38,834 nucleotides of DNA from Catajapyx aquilonaris (taxonomy: Eukaryota), in the NCBI GenBank assembly GCA_000934665.2, contig JYFJ02003680.1, positions 1 through 38,834 of the forward strand, given 5' to 3'. The stretch's first letter is position 1. The number at the start of each line of letters is the position of its first letter. The translations under genes were made by a program, and so were the position numbers. Below the pieces are notes generated by a model, which worked only from the letters and a program-made list of their open reading frames with translations, did no database searches and was not told the DNA's origin. Shown in pieces: positions 11,953-23,651 of the stretch.

Positions 11953-13554
11953 TATATGTGCTGGACACAATATTTATACTGTATATTCATATAAGCTTGT
12001 TCTAAATCATGTGCCTACAAAATTAATGCATCCACTGGGTCACAAGGAGTAAAAAATTCCGCATATATCCTCACACACCTCAATCCAAAACTATCTTGGA
12101 TTACAGTACCTGTAGGCTGTAGCCTATCTTGTCAAAAAAATAGGCATGTCCTAAATATTGTGACCTCTGTGGTTAAGCAACACAAGGTAGGGCAGGGGAA
12201 GTTTAGATGTTGTCATGAGACTCACAATAATTATTCACATGTGCTTTCTTGCTTGTCCTTGATAATGCTAACCTTCAAAGGAAGGTGTCAGTCCTTTAAT
12301 AGGGCACCAGAAATCAGCAAAAGTTACTGATACCATGAATGCAGTTCACTTTTACAATATAATAATTCAAAGTAAATGCCATCAGGTTTGAAGCATACTT
12401 ATGCTGAATATGGGAGTTGGCCTACAATAGCTGGATCACAGCAATATTCAGCAGTGCTCCCAGGAACTACAACAAACTTCAAACAAATAAGAACAAAATG
12501 TCTTATTTGGAGCTGTACCCAAAGCAGCCTTCTCTCTAATCAGTGGCAGCGTCCCTTCTAGCTCTTCCTCCAACTCCTCCTTGCCGAGATACATGCCATG
12601 TAATATTTCTAGTTATCGTTGAATGATACCCCATCATTGTGTAGATTCACTACTGTCTTTGATTTGGCAGAAACTATATGATAGTATCCCCTGGGGCCTC
12701 ACTTGCATAGCCAGGTTCTATCCTCTCTAGCTTCATCCCTGCCTTATCACCATCTACCCTGATGCTTCTCTCACTGAGACCCTTGGAACCCAGGTCGGGG
12801 TCTGCTATGCGCAAAAACCCAAGAATTTGGCATGCTCCTCAATGGGCTCTGGGCATGACCATCTTGCCTTTCTACACCTTTGCTGAGAGAGGGGGGGATT
12901 AGCAATGACGTCTTTTTTTAAAGACTTTCACTTTATATTTTATACTTAATTTTTTGTTACTGAAACCATAAGCATTGTGGGAATAAGTGATTTTTTCTCA
13001 TGGCATGAGAACAACTTGCCAAAGGACTGAACCCTTACTTTAAGTATGCTTTCCACTAGTAATGAGCCAGGAGCAATTGAGAGTTTGTATGATTCTGCTA
13101 AGAAATCTCCTTTTTTGATATCTGATATCTATCTCTATTGATACGATCCATCTCCAAAATTTCATCTAGAGTGGCATATCCCCTATCTGGCCTATCACAT
13201 GGTCTCAGTTGCTCACCTTCTTGGGTACTTGTACAGGGTGGTTGTATGAATGCAAATTATGGGAAATTTATGCATTTTGTACCAAATCTAAGACAAGCAC
13301 AGAAATCATTGGAGGAGTACATATTTCTTAAATATCGAATGAAAACTCACAAACATAAGGTAGGTGCCCCAGTAATGGCCCTTGTGCCAGTGGTGGCTCA
13401 GTGGAGACTTAGAACCTAAATAACAGGAACTCGGCAATATTGAGTGGAAATGAAACATCTGGCTTCTTTTCACATCCCTTTGAGGTTGACTGATCGCAAC
13501 AGGTGTACCATTCATGACCTACTTAGTGAATGAGAACCGCGTGAACATGTCACC

Positions 13555-13809
13555 TCCGATTTTTGCCTCGCAATTTTGCTCTTCTTAGCGGAACGCCAGG
13601 TGTGTCTGCGTCTACTGGTTCCCATGTGTTCTGTTTCCAGCTGCACGACAAGTCGCGGCAGCAAAAACGCAGCATGCTGCGTTTGGCGACGACTAAGCAG
13701 GAAAGAAGTCGTGGTGTGTCATGCTCCATATGTTTGCATGTGTTCTGTTTTCAGCGACTTGTCGCGGAGTTTTTGTCGCCCGATAAAAACGCCTAGTGTG
13801 AACCCAGCC
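13555..13809 (-). mobile_element. PIF/Harbinger (Tourist-like) MITE, partial; same family as 32561-32990 in opposite orientation
   Basis: Ends AAAAACGCCTAGTGTGAACCCAGCC|TAA; body is the reverse complement of about 32561-32785. Confidence 0.8.
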
Positions 13810-13810
13810 T

Positions 13811-14179
13811 AAGTGATCACTTTTGAGCAACATGGGTCTCCGATGCATAGTTACCGAGATAATGTGCTTCAAACACAAGGTACAAAATATCCTGGCACCT
13901 ATGCGTCCCTCCCCACAACCTTACCTTTTTCATTTAAAAGGTGTTACCATGTATTTTTATTTTAATTTATGATCCTGTTCGGTGTAGCGGGGAATGGCCT
14001 AGGCTATGGAAGTGTCGTAAGCAGTATCCGAAACCTATGAGCTGGGATGATGCACTTTTTATTTAATGCTAATTGTCTTGGTAACTATGCATCGGAGACC
14101 CATGTTGCATATACTCAAGTCATCTCCTAGAACCTCTATCATTTCCCAAAGCAATGGTAGATTAGATTTCAGAACCCTG
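13811..14179. mobile_element. Fold-back CAGGG-type MITE, left end missing
   Basis: GCAACATGGGTCTCCGATGCATAGTTACC / GGTAACTATGCATCGGAGACCCATGTTGC; ends in ACCCTG|TATATA. A diverged relative lies at about 15893-16005. Confidence 0.7.
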
Positions 14180-14181
14180 TA

Positions 14182-15032
14182 TATAATGGAAGATAACTCC
14201 CCTTTCAAACAGTAACCTTTCTCTTCCTCTCCACAAGGGACATCACCACTCTTCACTGGTGGAGTAAATGCACTTTTCATTTTGTTCTCCAGTGATTATG
14301 GATTTCATTTATTGTTTTCATGTTTTAATTTATTATTGAGGGCATTTGATCTTGTAATGGTTGCCTTATTAAATTACCTGTATTTGCTGTAAAAGTTTTA
14401 TCAAAATGGATATTGTCTAGGGTCTGGGAACGGATTAATTCACTTTCCATTATACAGTAAAACTTCAATAAGTCGAATCTCCATGGGACCGGAAAAAAAC
14501 TGCAAGTTATAGAAGATTCGAGTTAGAGAAGTTTGGAATTTTTTAAGCACATAACGCTTACAATGTTCCTCATTGTTTTGTTGTAAAAAAAACTCCTTTA
14601 TGGACATTTGCCTACTCTTCGGCTCTCACTCTTAATAAAGGATTCAATTGTCACATTCGAGTCAAACACACGGAGACCAGGAAAGAGCCTTTCTGTACAT
14701 GTGGCCTACTCTGGACCCTTCAGCTGGGAAATTAGAAAATTTTCCATACTCGCCAACATGAACTTCGACTCAGGGAGACTGAAAATGCATTGATATCCCA
14801 TCGTAAGGCCCTGCCTGGACTTCGAGTTATGGAGAACTTCGAGTTAGGAAAGTTTATTTCCGATTATTTTACATTGTGACCAACCAAGCTTGTCATTTTC
14901 TCTTTGACTTAGGGAAGTTTGACTTACAGAAATTTTACTGTATCTTATGGGAAAAATTGATTTGGTCTTTTAACAATTCAGAGTTCGAACGTCCTCTTGG
15001 AAGGATGAAGTTCGAAGTACGAGGCACCACTG
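14182..15032 (+). mobile_element. Tigger/pogo 3' remnant, interrupted by 14455-14940
   Basis: IMEDNSPFKQ* resembles the MEGDSPSKQ* C-terminus of Tigger-type transposases. Terminal GGAACGGATTAA...TTCGAAGTACGAGGCACCACTG|TA. Confidence 0.65.
14455..14940. mobile_element. pogo/Tigger-type MITE nested in the Tigger remnant
   Basis: TA|CAGTAAAACTTC...GAAATTTTACTG|TA; repeated TTCGAGTTA subterminal motif. Confidence 0.8.
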
Positions 15033-15098
15033 TATTGCCTTACTTTATCTTTCATTTGAACACCCCTTACACCTAAGTTTATGGAGAAAGCTCCTCAC

Positions 15099-15164
15099 CT
15101 GTCTGTATCTGACTCAGTTCCAGTGGATGTAATAAATGAAGACTTTGTGGAAGCGCTTGACAAG
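15099..15164 (-). CDS. Internal 66-nt phase 2-2 exon of host gene
   Basis: TTTCCAG acceptor and AG|GTGAGG donor; encodes LSSASTKSSFITSTGTESDTD. Separated from the preceding exon by a 58-nt intron containing CTAAT. Confidence 0.7.
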
Positions 15165-15222
15165 CTGGAAATAACCAAGTGACTTGCCAGATGAGGTAAT
15201 TAGCACTGATGAATAAACTAAC

Positions 15223-15594
15223 CTGGAGCTCTGAGGGTATGTGCTACTTCCAGTTTCTGATGACAAGTTCGAGGATGAGGATATCTCTGATGTGACTTGG
15301 GTTTCCCGAATAACGGGCAGCTTTGGTATGTGCATTCTTGTAGGCTTCTGGCACACACCTTTCGTTATCACAGGTTTAGGGACAGCCATATCTGGGAACT
15401 GGGAGCCCTGCATCTGGGGAACCCTTGTGGATGAAGATACTGTCTCTCCAGCTAGATCCTCATGAGGTACACAAGTGTAACGTGAAGCAGGCAAAATCAA
15501 TGTAGTATCTCCAGACAATGGACTTGAAGGGACCACAGAAATATTTTCTTGAATGGATCTCAATGAAGTGGTAGATACTGCAGAAGAGCTTGTG
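15223..15594 (-). CDS. Internal 372-nt phase 2-2 Ser/Thr/Pro-rich exon of host gene
   Basis: TTTTTCAG acceptor and AG|GTTAGT donor; frame of ORF 15114..15563 (TSSSAVSTTSLRSIQENISVVPSSPL...TYPQSS). Confidence 0.78.
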
Positions 15595-15687
15595 CTGAAA
15601 AATGATCATGACGTGACAGGCAATTGTACATACTAACAATGATCACATTCATCCAGCACTTGACATTGGTATTTGAATTTTACTGAA

Positions 15688-15754
15688 GGTAGTGGTAGTA
15701 GTGGTAGTGGTAGTAGCAGTAGCAGCAGCAGCAGCAGTAGTAGTAGTGGTGGTA

Positions 15755-15815
<61 letters not shown>

Positions 15816-15877
15816 CAGCAGCAGCAGCAGCAGCAGCAGCAATAGTAGCAGTAGCAGCAGTAACAACAATAACAATA
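15688..15877. repeat. Compound (GTA/GTG/GCA) microsatellite
   Basis: Seen directly. Confidence 0.95.
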
Positions 15878-16149
15878 CAGTGAAACCTATACACAGAATA
15901 CTGAAAAAGTGCCTTCACTTTGGGGGATGGTAGCGGGGTTCTAGGGGATCATTTTAAGACTAGGTATCATGGGTCACTGAAGCTTAGATACAGAGACAAT
16001 GGGCTATTTAGCATGTAGTATAACATGTCCTGGAAGGTTTGCAGCCACCCATACATGAGCCACATCTGAGAGGTCTCACCTGCTTACATCTTGTTAAGAA
16101 TCGCCCATCAATTGAGGGGATCGGGAGAAAAACATGATAACAGCAAGTG

Positions 16150-16590
16150 GAAATGCAAAAAGTTCTCGGCCTGAATGTTTTCAGCAGAAACAAATGAAGC
16201 ATGGACGGTGTCATCTGGTTTCATGGGTGTTCGTGAATTTTTCCCCTCTTAGAGAGCACCAGTTGCTAACAGTCAGCCTGTGAGCCCACTGTTGTGTGCC
16301 GGTTAACTCGTTTGAATCCTGAGATGTTCAATTTGTGCCAAAGCTACCTACTGATGGAGCTGCAAGTCTCGCAGGACATTCTGGACTCCGCAAGCGGTGA
16401 CCCCAACTTCCTGAACACTGTGATGAACGGTGACGCGTCGTGGGTCGTACCCTATTCAAGTTGTCCCTTAATTTTCGCGGAAAATGAACATTCAATGGGA
16501 GCCTATTGCCCTCGGTCACTCACAATCTGAATGCCAGCGACTGACTCTCTCTGCAAGTGGGGAAAAATTCACGAATACTCATGAAGGTAC
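16150..16590 (+). mobile_element. Internally deleted mariner derivative
   Basis: FVPKL.. and LQVSQDILDSASGDPNFLNTVMNGDASWV (cf. mariner DPNFLNTVITGDESWV). Inverted repeat TTCATGGGTGTTCGTGAATTTTTCCCC / GGGGAAAAATTCACGAATACTCATGAA. Confidence 0.75.
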
Positions 16591-16810
16591 TACTCTGTAT
16601 ATCAGTGGGTTGTGAGTGGTAGATAATACTCTATGGTCTATGCCTTCTGAATGGATTCTTATGAAGACAAAAATAAGCAAGATAAAAGAGCCTAATGGGA
16701 TATCACCAAAAATAAAGGAACATGTATCATATTACCATGAATACTGTGGCATCATATACAGAATTCACAATCCATGATTCACCTCCATAACCACTTTGAC
16801 TCATCGCCTA

Positions 16811-17347
16811 GCTATGTGTAGTTACGGTACTTCAACGTTTGCTGATACCCACTATGCATATTTTCTGGAACAGGCCTACCGTTTATTGTTACTCCATGGA
16901 AATGCAGTCATTGGTGACACTGTTTACTCCATGAAAATGCAAAGAGTTCTGCTATATTATATATACACCTAGAGGAGGTACTCGGCCTGAAATGTGAGGC
17001 AGGCAACAATGCAGGCAACAATGCAGGCAACAATATGACCTCCAACAAGATGGCGGACGCCTGACATTATTGAACTAATTGTCGCCCAGTTGTCATTATT
17101 GGTTGTTGTACCAGTTGCTAGACAACTGTTAGAACAACAATATGACCTCCAACAAGATGGCGGCTGCCTCAGCCTGTCTAATGGAAAAGGATAGGGAGTA
17201 CCTCCTCTAGGTATTATATTATATAATAGCAGAACTCTTTGTGAAAATGTGAAAGGTGGGATTGTTGACTATAACAAAGGGTAGGCCTGTTCCAGAAAAT
17301 ATGCATAGTGGCTCTCAGCAAACGGAAAAGTACTGTAGTTACCATAG
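16811..17347. mobile_element. Old fold-back element hosting 16940-17241
   Basis: CCACTATGCATATTTTCTGGAACAGGCCTACC / GGTAGGCCTGTTCCAGAAAATATGCATAGTGG. Confidence 0.7.
16940..17241. mobile_element. MITE with CAAAGA termini and 8-bp TSD (P-element-like)
   Basis: TGAAAATG|CAAAGAGTTCTGCTAT...ATAGCAGAACTCTTTG|TGAAAATG. Confidence 0.88.
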
Positions 17348-17388
17348 ATATAACTTTACCCTTCTAACAATTAGTGGAGAGAGTAGTT

Positions 17389-19400
17389 GGGTCATTCCAT
17401 GTCAATTCAGTAAATTTTCAGAAAATTTGTGGCTCAACCCCTTTCGATTTTTATAAAAATTAATACGTGTGTAGCTATGCAGGACTTAGGGCCGGTTTCA
17501 CCGAGCTCAGTATATGATAAAACCAGGGTTCTTTCTCAAAATCCCTATCTATTTGTATGGGATTTTCCTAAAGAAACCTGGTTTTATCATATACTGAGCT
17601 CGGTGAAACCGGCCCTTAATACCAAATCCAAAATTGTACACTCCTGGAGTTACATTTCACCGAGATATAAGCACGACAATCACAACAATGTACACACACC
17701 GCCATATATTCCATTGTTAAACCATTACATCATTGTACACCTACATGATATATATCAAATGAAAGGTAATGAACAGGAGAATTTTATGGTGAATTAAAAT
17801 ATCATCTAATGTTTTATTTTAAATTATAAAAAAATAAAATGCACAATCGCAATTTACTCTATATTTCGGATGGCCGTAAATCCCCCAATATTTCTGCTAT
17901 CTGCTTTATATTTGGGCAGTAGCACTTACGGTAGTATATAGCTACATCTGCCTGCAAAATATGTTCGTTCTAGGTGAAGTGGTCTTGGAAATAAAAAATT
18001 CTGAATATTAGAAAATTCCCTAATTCGACAACAATTTCATCAATTTTCTTCTCTATGTGAGGCTGGGCCGATTTCGGCATTTTATATATAAATCGATGAA
18101 CAAGATCAGGAGCGTTCTAGTGATGCGAACATCATCGTTTGCCGACAAATGATAAGGTCGTGGTGAATTTTTACTTGCCATGCATATTAATGCATATAAG
18201 CATGGCAAGTAACAATTCACCACGACCTTATCATTTCTCTGCAAACGCTGATTTTCATATCACTAGAATGCCGTTGAACTTGTGCATCGATCGATATATA
18301 AAACGCCGAAATCTGCCCATCCCCACATAAAGATTTTTTTTTTATGAAATATGATCTGATGATGATGATGATGCTTACATGCACATATGCAAAATCTCTT
18401 TACTTCGGATATTCACAACCCACCTTGTTTCTGGTACATTCTTGACATTCGGATAATAGAGTCTTATTAAAGTTTCATTTCCCATGAACAGTTGATGTGA
18501 TAGGTCAAGTAGTCTTCGAAATAGCACATTCTGAATGTTCCGAATTTTCTACGACGAAGAGAATACCTCGTTATGAGCTTCATAGTGCACTCTGACATAA
18601 AGACCAGTAATATCATGGCGAGTCTATCATTAATACAATATTCTGTGGTATTGGCATGTCAAATGTCATAATCAGTCCAGTCTCACATCAAGAAAATTGC
18701 CTCGAAATTCGACATGTTCCAACATTTTGTAACATTGGGAATGTGGGGAATGTGTTATTTCGAAGACTGCTTCACCTATCACGTCAACTGTTCATGGGAA
18801 ATGAACCTTTAATAATAAGATTCCATTATCCGAATGTCAAGAATGTACAGTAGCAGAAACAAGGTGGGTTGTGAATATCGGAAGTAAAGAGTTTTTGCAT
18901 ATGTGCATGTAAGCATCATCATCATAATATCATATTTCATCAATTTTTTTTTCTGTATGTGGGGATGGGCAGATTTCGGCGTTTTATATATCACTAGAAC
19001 ACTCTTGATCTTGAGCATCGATTTATATATAAAATGCCGAAATCAGCCCAGCCTCACATAGAGAAGAAAATTGATGAAATTGTCGAATTTGGGAATTTTC
19101 TAATATTCAGAATTTTTTATTTCCAAGACCACTTCACCTAGAACGAACATATTTTGCAGGCAGATGTAGCTATATACTGCCGTAAGTGCTACTGCCCAAA
19201 TATAACGCAGATAGCACAAATATTGGGGGATTTACGGCCATCCGAAATATAGAGTAAATTGAGATAGTGCATTTTATTTTTTTATAATTTAAAATGAAAC
19301 ATTAGATGAAATTTTATTTCACCATAAAATTCTCCTGTTCATTACCTTTCATTTGATCATGTAGGTGTACAATGTAGTGTTTTAACAATGGAATATATGG
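17389..19400. mobile_element. Large fold-back element (arms about 17702-18540 and 18740-19400), possibly Sola-like; right terminus not found
   Basis: Several hundred bp of closely matching inverted repeat. The putative left terminus GGGTCATTCCATGTCAA and its link to the arms are inference. Confidence 0.7.
17489..17615. mobile_element. 127-bp PIF/Harbinger hairpin MITE
   Basis: TTA|GGGCCGGTTTCACCGAGCTCAGTATATGATAAAACCAGG...CCTGGTTTTATCATATACTGAGCTCGGTGAAACCGGCCC|TTA. Confidence 0.92.
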
Positions 19401-19423
19401 GGGGGGGGGGGGGGNGGGGGGGC

Positions 19424-20023
19424 TAGGGCTGTGCAGTTATTGAATTTGAAAACTGGTTGTCAGCTATTGAAATAACCTCGGTTATAACCAGTTAGCAGTT
19501 ATTTTAGGATAACTTATTTTATATTAACCAGTTATTTAAGATTAACTGGTTATTTTAGATTAACCAGTTATTCTAGATTAACCAGTTATTTTCATAGGAG
19601 AATTGGTAAATAACACACGAGATCAGACCAGCAAGTGTGTAACACACGTAGCCAGTAACTCGCGGAGAAGGTGGGCGAGTAGCCTACTGCGTATGCTCAC
19701 TCTCCTCCTGAATGGGTTTCCCACGATCCCACATATTCACTGGAAGAGTTGGAGGGCGAGTAGGCTACTGCGCAAGCGTAAATGCATAATCCCCTACTCG
19801 GCCAAGTAACTGGCAATGTGTGTAGCTTCACTCTCACTATCCGTGCACACCATAGTACCACACGGCTCCTTCGACAGTAATAAGCTGGTAATTCTGAAAT
19901 CCGATCACAGAGACCCATTAACAGGTTAATCGGACAAACCGGTTAGTGTAATAACCAGTTACTTCACCGGCTAACCGGTTAATGCAATAACCTAAAAATT
20001 AATCGGTTAACTGCACAGCCCTA
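19424..20023. mobile_element. Non-autonomous hAT-type element (600 bp)
   Basis: TAGGGCTGTGCAGTTA...TAACTGCACAGCCCTA TIRs with many TAACC(A/G)GTTA subterminal repeats. 8-bp flanks match only 6/8, next to a poly-G run containing an N. Confidence 0.8.
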
Positions 20024-20242
20024 GGTGGGCCAGGCCGTGATGCCAAAATTTAGCAACCGGTCTTCTACTACAAGTATTTCTAGTATAAAACAGTACCGAC
20101 CAAGGCACACGTATGCCCTAGGGTAGCCAGCTGGCCAGTATAAAGTGGGATAAATTTTGTGGTATCATTTCCTTTAAATTTAAAAGTACCCCTAATAAAT
20201 TACTATGCAACATGCTGACATAATAAATTTATTGCCTCTCAC

Positions 20243-20407
20243 CCAGTGGAATCTTCAGCCAGTTCTATAATAGGATCCAAAGATGTCGTGCTTGTGCAGG
20301 TCGAAGGAAGGGACCCCTCAATAAGCTTTATAGAGGGTGATGACGTCTGTATATCAGTGGGTTCTGCGTTCAGCTTGGTAGATAATGCTATGCCTTCTGA
20401 ATGGATG
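20243..20407 (-). CDS. Repeat exon A1 (165 nt, phase 2-2)
   Basis: TTTTCAG acceptor and GG|GTGAGA donor; IHSEGIALSTKLNAEPTDIQTSSPSIKLIEGSLPSTCTSTTSLDPIIELAEDSTG. Confidence 0.82.
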
Positions 20408-20604
20408 CTGAAAAGGAAAGAAATAAGTTACTCATTATTGTATGAGCAAGATTTTTTAAAAACCTACTTGGAAATCACTAAATAAATGAAGATGTATTAT
20501 ATTACAGTGAAACCTGCCCATTTAATATCGACCCTGGGTATAGCGGAAACCTATCCATTGCGAATATTTTTCTGGGAACTGGCGTATACACAGGGCATGC
20601 AATG

Positions 20605-20949
20605 CAGTGTTCGAAACTGAGACATACTTGCAGGTAGCCAAATGGCATCTGAAAACCAAGGTGTGGTTGCCAAAACTGAATGTCTAGTCGCCCTTCTTGT
20701 TTTAAGCATGTCACAATTTAAATATTAATTGTTAATTGGGCCCCACAAGCACCACAGCCAAGAGCTTCAGCAAGAACAAATAGAAAATATGTGACCAGAC
20801 TCTTAGCAATAATTTTATTATTGACAGAAATGCAATTTTGGGAGGAAAAAGTTAGTCTCCAAAATTGGCGACGAGATATCTCACTTTGATCACCAATTGC
20901 TAATTTTAAGTCTGGAAATGTGACTGGCGACGGCCAATTTCGAACCCTG
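20605..20949. mobile_element. hAT (Charlie-like) MITE
   Basis: ATGCAATG|CAGTGTTCGAAA...TTTCGAACCCTG|ATGCAATG, perfect 8-bp TSD. Confidence 0.88.
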
Positions 20950-21055
20950 ATGCAATGTGTTTTTTGAAGGATATTACGGAACCTGCCCAACACAGAAACT
21001 GAAGGGATTTTTGTCTCCCTTCAGAGAAAATCTCTGTTTATAATGGAAATCAAAA

Positions 21056-21356
21056 CCGAAGCAGATTGGTGTAGTGGATATGGAGTCTGCCTGCTAATCG
21101 GGAGGTCCTGGGTTCGAATCCTGGGGCTGGCAACCCTGACAGTGGCTTTCTGTGGTTTCCCACGTTCCTACCCAGGATAATTCCAGGGTCGTTTCCATAA
21201 AAATAGGCCACAGCCGCTTCCTTCCATCCCTATCCTATCCCACAAAGCTAAGTAAAATGAAAGCAAAGAGTTTCAGTCAAAACAAAATTGGGATGAACCC
21301 CCCCCTAATGAGCAGCCAGCTGATAACAGGGTATGAATTATTATCATCATCATCAT
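21056..21356 (+). mobile_element. Full-length tRNA-derived SINE (family 2)
   Basis: A-box TGGTGTAGTGG, B-box GGTTCGAATCC, (TTA/TCA)n tail, 15-bp TSD TAATGGAAATCAAAA. Confidence 0.92.
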
Positions 21357-22499
21357 TAATGGAAATCAAAAGGTTCACATTATCTCCTGTGAGTCACAAA
21401 AATATAAACTACAGCCAGGTTAACTCTCAGCCCTCCCAGGAGGCCTCTGAGTGACCCTCTTTGGACTATGTGACACCATAGGCCTACTTTCTCTCATGAT
21501 TGAAGGGCTCCACGGAAGAAGGGGGTTACGAGATGGGAATTCCCATCTAGTTACCCCCTTCTTCCATGGAGCCCTTCATTTGCTGGAATTGCTATCGGCT
21601 CATGGCCTTGAAGAAAGGGGACTGTTTTTAGTCGGAAAACAGAAAGACAGCTTTCGGAGGGGCCAAGAAGATTGTGACTCATGTGATTTGCAGGTGCCCT
21701 GCCTTAAAGTTTAGTTCCCGGTTCACTCCAGTTTTAAAATGTCGGAAAAGAGGAAAAGGTTGACACAGGCTCAATGTATTGTCCGCGTCCAAGCCGTTGG
21801 CTAATAGAGCAGGCAAAAGTAATAGCCCAAAAACTTGGTGTAGCAAGTACTTCAAATTGGTGGTTGGAAAGTTTCCGCAACAGGCAATGATAGAATTTTG
21901 TGGAAAACAGTGTGTGGTGATGTTAGTGTCCTGACTCTCGAAGAAGTAGAAAATTGGAAGAAGGTGGGAAGCGTTTGTTTGGGGCATTCCAAGGAGGGCA
22001 CGTTCAACTGCAATGAAACTGACCCCTGCTTTTATAGATGGGCTGTATGCTAGACAAAACAGACTATATTCCAGAAAAATGCTACTGTATGGACTGATTT
22101 TGCACCATATTGAGGTAAGGTGCTTATTTTTGCTCTACACATTTCCCCCTCTTCTCACCAACAAAAATATATTGGTAACGCCCTTGATCTGAATATAGTG
22201 GAAACCTATCCATAACAGAACATTTTTAGGGTCCCATGTGATTCCGCAATCCACAGGTTTCACTGTACCACGGATACTGTGGCATTCTAGTGTGAAACAG
22301 GATTGACCCTGGGGGAGCCAGCTGGCCAGTATAAAGTGGGGTAATTTTTGTGATATCCGTCCCTTCAAAAGTACCCCTAATAAATTACTAACAAGGAGGG
22401 GACCCGAGTGGGCTCTGTCAGATTTGCATGAAACTGGCATGGTAGGTCTATCACTGATAGTTCACTGGTAGTGCTCACGTTTTGCGACGGTCAGCAGTT

Positions 22500-23213
22500 T
22501 TCGATCTATGAGGGACAATTGTCCCTAGTGTCCGACATTTCCTCCAACTGTTCCATAGTCTTCATCTTCCTGTCGATCCTCAACTTGTCACGTCAAAGCG
22601 AGATCAACCTGCCCTCCTCCCTGTATTTGCGTAATTACGGAATCAACCTCTTCCTCTTGCCTCTGGTCTCCTGGGAGAAATCCTCCGAGATAGAGATTGG
22701 GGAGGATTTCAGTTTATACGCCATCTTAAACAGTTCGTCTCTATCCTTAAATAAGGAGCACTTGAAGATGACAGGACATACTGCACCTGGACGAATTTGA
22801 CCAATTCTATGGCACCTCTCAATCGGGATGGATTAATTCGATGATATAACACCATACTTAACTAGGGCCTCCAGCATTTTCAGTTCCGTCTCCCCCCAGG
22901 TTTCCTGAACATCAGGGGTCAGGTCGTAGACAATAACGTTATTTCGACGGCCCCTGTCCTCCAGGTCAATAATCCTTGACTCCAGAGACCGGATCTGGTT
23001 ATCAGTCTATGAGCTGGAAGCCCAGATCCTCCACTTGATCCTGCAGGTCCTGGATCTTCTGCGCTTGTTGGGCTGACTTCTCAGTCATGATCTTCGTTAG
23101 GTCAACTTTCAGCTGGTTGGCCGCTTCTTGGACTGCCTCTCTAAGTTTACGATCCAACTTGCCTTCCATAGCGCCAAGCAATAGCTGCACTTCCTCTTTC
23201 GAAAATGCCCATT
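22500..23213 (-). pseudogene. Decayed LINE ORF1 (coiled-coil plus RRM, L1/CR1/L2-type)
   Basis: Heptad-rich N-terminus (ORF 23002..23232), then SLESRIIDLEDRGRRNNVIVYDL, IPIERCHRIGQ and KSSPISISEDFSQ; interrupted by stops and frameshifts. Confidence 0.85.
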
Positions 23214-23651
23214 TTGACCCGCAAATGTGCAAGAAATGCGGATAAGGCTGCGAGTAGATATCCTTATCAGGAGCGAAAAACGAGACGTGTTCGCGCTTCA
23301 GGGTCTAGGAGCGGAGTGGAGAAGCACAAGTATAGCTGCCTGCCTGAGCTTTTCCTCTACATGAAGCAGCTTCATGTAGAGAATTTTCTGATGTGTCGAA
23401 AGTTGTGGTTATTGCGTCATGTCGATATGGGGCATATAACATGGCTCATAAATGAAGGGCACAGTGAAATGTAATTATGATTACAGAGTAAAGGTAATGT
23501 AGGACAGAAAAAGCAAACTTCAAGTGAATAATAATTGGTCTTGAAGATGATTTGAACCCTTCCTGGAACATTGCGAGTAGGCTACCTTGTTGTTTACTAT
23601 CTAGGTGTCCTTGGCAACTGAACATCTCTCTTGTCTAGCGCTTCCCATTCC

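Larger units (their letters stand above)
20505..22265. mobile_element. pogo/Tigger-type element with nested hAT MITE and SINE
   Basis: TA|CAGTGAAACCTG...CAGGTTTCACTG|TA. The reconstructed empty site matches the paralogous intron sequence at about 33098-33128. Confidence 0.82.

Noticed and set aside
13099..13255. Protein-like minus-strand stretch (GYATLDEILEMDRINRDRYQ)
   Set aside because: Bounded by stops, with no convincing acceptor.
14059..14280. ORF with apparent donor (EEEKG|GTTACT) as a host exon
   Set aside because: No good acceptor; lies antisense within the Tigger 3' remnant.
15633..15933. Poly-L/T/S/V ORFs (also 2327-2674 and 28875-29328)
   Set aside because: Translations of trinucleotide microsatellites or SINE tails.
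19399..19422. Poly-G tracts as G-quadruplex elements (also 31411-31439)
   Set aside because: Homopolymers at or in TEs, one containing an N; length unreliable and no functional evidence.
21056..21130. tRNA genes (also 2886, 4878, 24988, 29477, 37686)
   Set aside because: A/B boxes continue into SINE bodies, with simple-repeat tails and TSDs in the full-length copies; these are tRNA-derived heads.
21400..22000. Possible coding remnant inside the Tigger-like element
   Set aside because: No motif could be assigned by eye; left unannotated.
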